Below are positions 54,096 to 64,000 of a stretch of DNA of 64,000 nucleotides, piece after piece; positions within the stretch are counted from its first letter, which is position 1; the number at the start of each line of letters is the position of its first letter. Origin of the DNA: Octopus vulgaris (Eukaryota). The translations under genes were made by a program, and so were the position numbers. Where the stretch lies: NCBI GenBank assembly GCA_951406725.2, contig OX597814.1:106392001-106456000 (forward strand), given 5' to 3'. A model generated the notes under the pieces. The model was not told the origin of the DNA. It was given only the letters and a program-made list of their open reading frames with translations, and did no database searches.

Positions 54096-54687
54096 CATCT
54101 ATCTATATATCTACCAACCTATCTATATATATATCTATCTATCTATCTGTCTAATTATCTATCCATCTATCATTCAATTCTGTTTTTCAAGAGCTTTAGA
54201 GACAAAGGTTTAGAGACAGGTTTAGAGACAAAGAACTAGACACACATATAGCAATGTGTGTGTACGTGTGTGTGTGTGTGTGTGTTATATATCTATACAT
54301 GCAATTGTGCATATACATTCGATTGCATCTATACATGCAATTGTGCATATACATTCGATTGCGCCTATACACACACGAATAGAAATCTGCAAACAGAAAG
54401 ACAAACAAATGCACAGGATATAAAACCACACAAGGAAACATCGAAAGACAAGAATATTGACGCACGCACGCATACACACACACATACACACACACGTACG
54501 TACACACATACACACTCTTGTACATTCGCACACACACAGACTTCAATTTCGTAAATGTAAAAAAAAATATCCGAAAATGAAAAGACCAAATCCATGTCCT
54601 CTTCTTCCCTCTCACACATCCCCTCTGTCTGTCCGTCTCCTGTCTCCCCCCTCTTACTTCCCCCCTCTATTTATCTACCTATCTATC

Positions 54688-54720
<33 letters not shown>

Positions 54721-55094
54721 CTGTCTGTGTTTATAAGTGTATGTTTATGTACGTATGTATGTCACTCTCCGTGTCTCCAAGTTTCTCTTTATTTATCTAC
54801 ATATCTGCATATGTATGTGTGTGTGTGTGTGTGTTTGTAGGTGTATATGTGTGTGTATGTATTTATGTATGTATCTATGCGTGGATGGATGTACCTGTGT
54901 CTTCATGTTTCTGACACTCCCCACTTTTCTCTGTCTCTGCATCCCTCTTTCTTTCTTTCTCTCTTTCTCTCTTTCTTTCTTTCTAATTCTTTCTCTCTTT
55001 CTCTCTCTCACACAGACCCTCGAATCACTCGTTTTCACACTGCAAAATAACAACCACATATCACAGCAAAAATATTTAGAAAAATACACACACG

Positions 55095-55152
<58 letters not shown>

Positions 55153-55900
55153 TTCGCACAAACATACACACAGTATAAAACTCATACCAACACACACACA
55201 CACACAATTCACACAAACACACTCACACACGCACGTTCACACACACAAACGTTCACACACACACACATTCACACACACAGTATATAACGCATACGAACAC
55301 ACACACGCATTCACAGTATAAAACTCATACCAACACACACACATAGACATACACATTCACACACACAGTATAAACCTCATACCAAGCCACACACATACAC
55401 ACATACATTAACACACACACAGACACATTCACACACACACACACAGTATAAAACTCATACCAACACATACACACACTTATATGCACACACACACAGTATA
55501 AAACTCACACCGACACACACACACACACATTCACAGACACACACACACACACACACACTTATATGCACAGACACTCATAAATTACAGAAACCGCAAAATA
55601 CGGAGATACACTGGAAGAAGAAGCGGTCACATCAAAGCACACCGCATGTACACTCACATACATACACACATACATACACATACTCACATACACACATATA
55701 CACATCGCTACACACATATATACACATCCCTACACACATACATTCTCAATACACATACCTGCATACATTCGAACACGTGCACACACGTACAGACACTCAC
55801 GCACACGCACATACACACACACACACATGCACACGCACACACACACATACACACACACACACACACAAACGCACACACACACACACACATACACATTGCT
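53710..55900. repeat. (TCTA)n and (CA)n compound satellites, including recurring cagtataaaactcatacc units at 55170-55510
   Basis: Direct inspection. Confidence 0.9.
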
Positions 55901-56216
55901 TGATTTAAACGACTATAAATCAAGTTGATTGATTGATCGTGTATCTGAACACGAAATGGTTTCTCGATATTTGACAGTCTCGCAAAATCAGATCAATTAA
56001 ACTCTCAACTTAGTAGTGTACAGCAAATAAGCATGCAATTATCTACCAACAAAAACTAATGTCACATTTTAAGTTATATTGTCATGCAATGTTACAGAGG
56101 CCCGAATAGGAATACGCTTATTCCATGCACACACACACGCGCACACACGCGCGTCTGAATACATACAGGAAATGTGTGTGTGCGTGCGTGTGTGTGTGTG
56201 TATGTGTGTGTGTGTT

Positions 56217-56262
<46 letters not shown>

Positions 56263-56406
56263 CTATGGCAAATACACAGGCCATTCGTTCGGCTCTTTAC
56301 TCGAAATGCTTTGCACGGAGTAATACTGTCGATATATTTATAAAAAATAAGTGCCTACGCACGAAACTATCGAACCTTGAGTCACTCCGTTGCTTCTGAT
56401 AAATAA

Positions 56407-56461
<55 letters not shown>

Positions 56462-56639
56462 TGCGTGTGTGTGTGCGCACGTGCACGGGTGTACGTTTGT
56501 GTATGTATTTATGTATGTATGTAAGTATGTATGTATGTATATAGCTGGGTTGATTCGGTGTTTCGAGTTTTTCAACATCAAAAACTCTCACTCTGGTGAC
56601 CCACCCGGAATGGATCAAGTCCCCGCCTATTTCCAGTTA

Positions 56640-57290
56640 GCACCACCACTGGTGGAACGACCCCTTCAAGGCCTTGCCTCTTCTGACATATTACCACCTC
56701 GACACAGCCTCTGCTACCTCCACAACCAACACGATGGCCTTCTACATACTAGCCCGTGTGAGACCCAGTTTGTTATAAGCTCTAAAAAGTGATTGATCTT
56801 GAACTCCACTGGATCTAAGGTCTATGGGGGTTTCACCTTGCCTGCTACCCATTACTTTAGCAGAGCTCCACCATCTCACCATCTTTCATTCTCTTATTCT
56901 CATTTGTCTCTCCGAAGTCTTCCTCTCTAGGAATGGAAACTTCTAATCGAATCACCTGTTTCGGTGCTTCTGAGATAAGCACCATACTTGGCATTACAGA
57001 TGCTGAAGCAACAGTGTCTGGGAACTTCTGTGGCTTCTTCAGGTCAACTTTCAGCTCCCACATTTTGCTGTTGCAAGTGGGCTCGAGAACGCGGATGCTG
57101 TCTTCTTACAGCCCTGACAACGGTTATAATCTTCTTTACTGGGCCTAGGTGCTTGCACTGGCTAATCCTACAGCTGATAGTGTCTGCTACGACCTTCAAA
57201 ACCTGGTCATGCCCCTAACAGCTTTTGAACAACTACTGAAGGTCTACACCAGAGTTCCTTTTCTCGTGTACGGGGTGAGTGCATCTTGTA
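56640..57290 (-). mobile_element. Hero/NeSL-like restriction-endonuclease LINE remnant
   Basis: HDQVLKVVADTI; WELKVDLKKPQKFPDTV..PSMVLISE..KQVIRLEVSIPREE. Confidence 0.75.
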
Positions 57291-57319
57291 ACCCCAACTT
57301 TCCCCAGCAGAACAACTTG

Positions 57320-57690
57320 AATGACCTTGCAGGTGGGGTCCAGTTAGAATTTTCTTCAGGTTGAGAAGCCCATCCCGCTCAAAAGGTCCCTGAATAAGGT
57401 ATGTTTAAGGATGATGAACAAAACCCCCATGTTTCCAGAAGTGAATTATTCAAACCCCAAAGAAATCTTCTCGACACATGGTTATGATGCTTCCCAACTA
57501 CTGCTTATGATCATATATTGTCAGCCACTAAGGGACATGTTCGACTGGTTAAGGTCAAGCAACTGACAAGCAAATCTGTGGTATTAAGCAGAATATTTGC
57601 TGTAGCCCAGCTTTTATACCAAGACAAAACAATGTACACGATAGCACTTCCAATCAGTTAAGATCAGCAGCCATGAGAGCCACTACCTTA
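57320..57690. repeat. Unclassified interspersed repeat (same family as 1622-2105)
   Basis: Reverse-complement similarity to 1622-1995. Confidence 0.8.
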
Positions 57691-57775
57691 TTAGTATTAT
57701 TATTATCATTGCCTCTGAACAGCTTCTAACGCAGGATGTATACTATAGGGTCAGCTGTTCACTACCAGTGAACTA

Positions 57776-57855
<80 letters not shown>

Positions 57856-58027
57856 CGTTGTTTTTGTTGCTATTATTAGCATTATTTTTATAGATTATTG
57901 CTGTTCTTATTTGGGATGCATAAATTATCACCATCATCATCGTCGTCACCATCATCACCATCATCTTCTTCACTGTAGTGTCACTACGAGCCTGCAACTT
58001 CTTTCTCAATTCATATTGGTAGTTCAA

Positions 58028-58055
58028 TACATACATACATACATACATACATACA

Positions 58056-58150
<95 letters not shown>

Positions 58151-58161
58151 ATATATGTATA

Positions 58162-58229
<68 letters not shown>

Positions 58230-58627
58230 TCTAGAAAATGGTGGGTTTTTGTCTTTTGTCCTTGTTATGGTTAATTCTGTTGTAAAAGTTGTTTACAGTT
58301 GTTCATGTTGTTGTTGTTAACCGAAAAAAATTTCTTTCTATTCCAAAAGAGAAAAAAATACAAACGTTCATTTTTAATTGTTTCCTTCATTATGATTTCA
58401 TTCCAGTGCTTATTTATTTATTGTCTTTGATAATATATCGATTTTGTAAAATAATTGCTGAATGTGGGATTAGCAGCTTGCTCTGCAATGTTAACATGGC
58501 GGTATTATATTTTGACGCCACAAACACTCGCGCGTATGTGCTAACGATATAGACACACGCAACACACTTAAAACTAAGCGTATACATAGAATCACGCATA
58601 TATTCTTGCAAATATATATATATGCGT

Positions 58628-58680
<53 letters not shown>

Positions 58681-58701
58681 GTATATATACATATGTATAT
58701 A

Positions 58702-58733
<32 letters not shown>

Positions 58734-58783
58734 CGTATATATACGTATATATATATATATATATATATGTATATACGTATATG

Positions 58784-58814
<31 letters not shown>

Positions 58815-58944
58815 TCATAAAAACAGAACAATCCTTACAATCTGCGTGCCAAAAAATACACAAACTTAAAAAAACGCCCGTATACATACGTGTGCACGTG
58901 AGCACATAAACATATATAAATATGCATATGTATATGTATGTATG

Positions 58945-59028
<84 letters not shown>

Positions 59029-59166
59029 GCACACACACACTCAAAAACACATATGTATACATATACATATATATTTATGTACGTGCGCGCACATAGATAT
59101 ATAGTTATATATGCATGTACATACATATATATATATATATGTTTATACATATATACATGTATGTAC

Positions 59167-59234
<68 letters not shown>

Positions 59235-59529
59235 ATACGTTACATACATACTTGCACTCAAAGAGAAATAATGAGGACTATAATTTTAGTGTTGTCGTAC
59301 AATTAATTAGCAAAATAACTTTTCTGAGATAAAAGTAAAATTGAATTAAATACAAAATATACACCCACATGTGTGTGCTTGTGTGTTTATGTGTGTCTAT
59401 GGGTGTGCGTCTGTGGAAATATGTGCATACGTGTCAGCATGTAAATTGAATGAAGGAGTAAGAATGAAACACACCCAGTGAACTATTATACTTACATGCA
59501 CACACACACACTCATGTATATGCATGTGC

Positions 59530-59607
<78 letters not shown>

Positions 59608-59712
59608 ATACATATATATATATACATACATACATACATAGATATATATATGTACAAACATATATATATGTAAATGTGTATATATATATACGTATATGTG
59701 TGAGCTTGTATA

Positions 59713-59756
<44 letters not shown>

Positions 59757-59760
59757 TACA
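58028..59760. repeat. (TA)n/(CATA)n/(GT)n compound microsatellite field
   Basis: Direct inspection. Confidence 0.9.
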
Positions 59761-61340
59761 GTGACACATATTTCTATATGCATATATGTATGAGTATCTC
59801 TCTGCCTATTTAGATATATATTCTCGCACATACACATAGATTGAAATGTCTTATGTCTATATGTATGTATTTATGTACGTATACATGTATGTATGTATAT
59901 GTTTGTGTGTATTTATATATGTAAGTATATATGTATGTAAACTTTCAGAACGTTTCACAATATGATGTGCGACATCGATCGGATGGCTTTTGTCTTGGCA
60001 GAGATAAAACAAAAATATGATAACAGAACATAGATTCGAAAGTTAATTAAGTTGGGTGGAATTTTCGCAATTTCTCTGATGTTTCAGCTCTTGTGTCTGG
60101 CTCATTGTTAGAACTCTTACACAACAAACGTCACCATTGAAAAAGTGACGTTTTAAGCCTTTTTATTCTATCTGCTTCAATGAGCTGAAATCGAGTGGGG
60201 TCGGCTGCAACGTATTTGTAGTAAGTAAAGAAACCAAATAAATTATGATAATGTTTGTGAACCGCCAAGTATTGGGAGTAATAACGACATTTTAATTAGA
60301 CTTCATTGATGACATAGTTTTATAGAAGACGGGAAATGGATGGGAATATAACGTCTATATTCTGTTCGAAGATATTGCTATAGCAACTGGGTTTTATTTA
60401 TTTTTATTTTTTTGTCTTTCTTCGTGATTATAGTGTTTTGGTAATGTTGATAGATAAAAACTTGACATATTTTGAGTATTCATTAACAGTCAGCCATTTT
60501 GTTTTAGGGATTTGATCTCAGTAAAACGAAGCACAAAAATTGAAAACCTAATCTCAACAAGGATATCTCCACGCAGACGTTGCATTTTATAAAAATAGCA
60601 ACCACTAAGCCACGTGCCTTCATATCCATCACCTTTAAACGGAATCTGGATAAATTTCTTCAAGGAATACTAGATAAGACACCTATACCTGGATACATCT
60701 CACTTAACATGAACTCCTTACTCAAATGGACCATGATACCACAAAACTTGACTTAAGAAAGGATTTAGATAATCCTATCAGGTGGTGCCATTAAGTTAGA
60801 CATGGCCTGGGCCAATCTTTGGTCGAAACATATCTAAGTTTATCTAAGTTTATATATATATATATGCATATATATTACCCGAAAAGAATTGGCGATAACG
60901 ATTCTTAGATGCTGCACTCCACCCCTTTTAATGCTACCATCACAACCTCCGCCACTACATCCCGACCACTAGAATTTTTCTCGATTCTCTTTATTAATTA
61001 GTTTAATCTCTAAAATGTCCAAACATATTTTCAAGAACAATAGTTTCTAGCATAGATAGAAATAGTCCTCATAATTTAGAAAGGGAACGGGAAGGTCCGT
61101 TAACTGGCCCCCAACTCCGGTTCCAGTCAAACGGTAAAGGCAAGAGCCGTAACAGAAATGTGATTAATTCTTCATATGGAAGTAGAAGGTGAGAGGAGAG
61201 AGGGACAGTCGTTTTCTGTGTCTCTCAGAGTAGTGATTCGAATAGACAGTTTAGCGACACCAGATGGATGAAAGGCGAAGAAAGGCCAAAGGGATTCATC
61301 TCAGAGGGAGGAAGAAAGAAGATATGTTATTATCTATCTC

Positions 61341-61397
<57 letters not shown>

Positions 61398-61931
61398 TCT
61401 CATTCGCTTTCACTCTGACACCCCAGCCAACACACGAGGTGAGGGTTAATTAAGTTAGAAGAACTGAGCAGGTCGATAGGGGTAAAACATCCGGGTGCAT
61501 GAGTGGGGTTAGATTGAAAGTGAGATGAGGGAAGGAGGAGATGTGAAGGAAAAAGAAGGAATGGAAGGGAAGATGATTGCGATGTAAAAATAAGCGGGAT
61601 TGGAGATTGTGGATTATTTTTGAGGTTTATTATATTGAAGGATGAGAGGAGAGACGAAAGGGGAAATGTCAGGGAAGGGAGAAACAAAAAAAGAAACATG
61701 GTGGTAATGTAAAAAAAGGAGGTGAATCAGTGAGGGAAAAGGTGTAAGAAAAAGGAAAAGAAAGACACATCGAGAGAGAGAGGGGGGGGGAATCAAATAA
61801 ATACATACTGCATAACATAGGGGCATGGATGGAATGGGAAGTGAATGCAGTTTATTGGATGAATAACAAAAACAAAAAAATAACACGACAAAGACAGAGA
61901 GAGAAAAGAATAGGTAGAGAGAGAGGGGGTG

Positions 61932-61971
<40 letters not shown>

Positions 61972-62209
61972 TAAGGGTAGAAATTGATATTTATCAATTA
62001 AGACCAGTGGTCTAGCATATTAAAAAAGAATCCGAAGATTAAAATATTTATATATACCAATTAAGGACTGAACACGAAAAGTGGACAGTCAACATGCTAG
62101 ATATAGACGTCAAATCGTCATTCTCCACAAAAGATTATGTTCTCAGATCAAACTCAACACAAAACCATAGCAATAAACAAGTGAAAAATATACGAAATAA
62201 AATAATTAC

Positions 62210-62274
62210 CCATGTACTAACTTAGTTTCAGCTGTTATTTTCCGCAAGGAAAACTGCAGCCATCATCAGCATGG
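62210..62274 (-). ncRNA. Type-I hammerhead ribozyme, array unit 1
   Basis: CCAUG-CUGAUGA-U-GGCUG(CA GUUUUCC UUGC GGAAAAU AA)CAGCU-GAA-ACUA(AGU)UAGU-A/CAUGG; predicted GUA cleavage between 62215 and 62214. Confidence 0.9.
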
Positions 62275-62714
62275 TCCGTTATAAATGTAATTTGCTGGAC
62301 TAAATGCAAACACGATACCGAAATATCGCGTGCATGGAGTTCAACCTATTACATTTGAATATATCTTTCAAATGCCTTTACTTTGGCGCGTTGGAACCCG
62401 AGAAAACTAGCCTGCAGCTAATAATTAGCAGCAGTTAATTTATCGGTTAGAGAACATTTATTTATATAAAATTAATTAAGGGTAGAAATTGATATTTATC
62501 AATTAAGACCAGTGGTCTAGCATATTAAAAAAGAATCCGAAGATTAAAATATTTATATATACCAATTAAGGACTGAACACGAAAAGTGGACAGTCAACAT
62601 GCTAGATATAGACGGCAAATCGTCATTCTCCACAAAAGATTATGTTCTCAGATCAAACTCAACACAAAACCATAGCAATAAACAAGTGAAAAATATACGA
62701 AATAAAATAATTAC

Positions 62715-62779
62715 CCATGTACTAACTTAGTTTCAGCTGTTATTTTCCGCAAGGAAAACTGCAGCCATCATCAGCATGG
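62715..62779 (-). ncRNA. Type-I hammerhead ribozyme, array unit 2
   Basis: Identical to 62210-62274. Confidence 0.9.
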
Positions 62780-63219
62780 TCCGTTATAAATGTAATTTGC
62801 TGGACTAAATGCAAACACGATACCGAAATATCGCGTGCATGGAGTTCAACCTATTACATTTGAATATATCTTTCAAATGCCTTTACTTTGGCGCGTTGGA
62901 ACCCGAGAAAACTAGCCTGCAGCTAATAATTAGCAGCAGTTAATTTATCGGTTAGAGAACATTTATTTATATAAAATTAATTAAGGGTAGAAATTGATAT
63001 TTATCAATTAAGACCAGTGGTCTAGCATATTAAAAAAGAATCCGAAGATTAAAATATTTATATATACCAATTAAGGACTGAACACGAAAAGTGGACAGTC
63101 AACATGCTAGATATAGACGGCAAATCGTCATTCTCCACAAAAGATTATGTTCTCAGATCAAACTCAACACAAAACCATAGCAATAAACAAGTGAAAAATA
63201 TACGAAATAAAATAATTAC

Positions 63220-63284
63220 CCATGTACTAACTTAGTTTCAGCTGTTATTTTCCGCAAGGAAAACTGCAGCCATCATCAGCATGG
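63220..63284 (-). ncRNA. Type-I hammerhead ribozyme, array unit 3
   Basis: Identical to 62210-62274. Confidence 0.9.
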
Positions 63285-63724
63285 TCCGTTATAAATGTAA
63301 TTTGCTGGACTAAATGCAAACACGATACCGAAATATCGCGTGCATGGAGTTCAACCTATTACATTTGAATATATCTTTCAAATGCCTTTACTTTGGCGCG
63401 TTGGAACCCGAGAAAACTAGCCTGCAGCTAATAATTAGCAGCAGTTAATTTATCGGTTAGAGAACATTTATTTATATAAAATTAATTAAGGGTAGAAATT
63501 GATATTTATCAATTAAGACCAGTGGTCTAGCATATTAAAAAAGAATCCGAAGATTAAAATATTTATATATACCAATTAAGGACTGAACACGAAAAGTGGA
63601 CAGTCAACATGCTAGATATAGACGGCAAATCGTCATTCTCCACAAAAGATTATGTTCTCAGATCAAACTCAACACAAAACCATAGCAATAAACAAGTGAA
63701 AAATATACGAAATAAAATAATTAC

Positions 63725-63789
63725 CCATGTACTAACTTAGTTTCAGCTGTTATTTTCCGCAAGGAAAACTGCAGCCATCATCAGCATGG
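63725..63789 (-). ncRNA. Type-I hammerhead ribozyme, array unit 4
   Basis: Identical to 62210-62274. Confidence 0.9.
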
Positions 63790-63884
63790 TCCGTTATAAA
63801 TGTAATTTGCTGGACTAAATGCAAACACGATACCGAAATATCGCGTGCATGGAGTTCAACCTATTACATTTGAATATATCTTTG

Positions 63885-64000
63885 AAAGGCATTTGAAAGA
63901 TATATTCAAATGTAATAGGTTGAACTCCATGCACGCGATATTTCGGTATCGTGTTTGCATTTAGTCCAGCAAATTACATTTATAACGGACCATGCTGATG
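63885..64000. repeat. Inverted continuation of the 505-bp unit (fold-back junction at ~63884)
   Basis: aaaggcatttgaaagatatattc...ccatgctgatg is the reverse complement of the unit and runs off the window inside the HHR core. Confidence 0.9.

Larger units (their letters stand above)
61961..63883. repeat. Tandem array of 505-bp HHR-containing units (3.8 copies), retrozyme/pLTR-like
   Basis: Unit starts at 61961, 62466, 62971 and 63476. The only difference I noticed is T/G at 62110. The array begins at a (TA)n tract. Confidence 0.95.

Noticed and set aside
62275-62465. GIY-YIG C-terminal coding remnant inside the 505-bp unit
   Set aside because: Minus-strand frames contain stops and show no recognisable motif.

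Overview
Repeat-dominated, AT-rich eukaryotic non-genic DNA. The microsatellite density and tRNA-derived SINE types suggest a cephalopod, probably Octopus (inference). No host protein-coding exon is recognisable, and nearly all ORF-track entries are microsatellite artefacts. The one real long ORF belongs to a near-intact Penelope-like retroelement (PLE; RT + GIY-YIG, minus strand, 36617-41862) with two ~890-bp pseudo-LTRs. Also present are decayed R4/Dong, Hero, RTE and CR1-like LINE pieces, Tc1/mariner and hAT remnants, and many SINEs. The signal the ORF track misses is an unusually dense set of type-I hammerhead ribozyme (HHR) folds: more than 20 motif copies from about 12 distinct sequence families, read by eye. 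They sit in the PLE pLTRs, in non-coding fold-back (inverted-repeat) elements beside (TA)n tracts, and in a 505-bp retrozyme-like tandem array (61961-end). Their catalytic cores show C3-G8, G3-C8 and U3-A8 pairings, A6 variants, an extra nucleotide after A9, and stem II expansions up to ~85 nt. All folds were assigned manually and none was computed.
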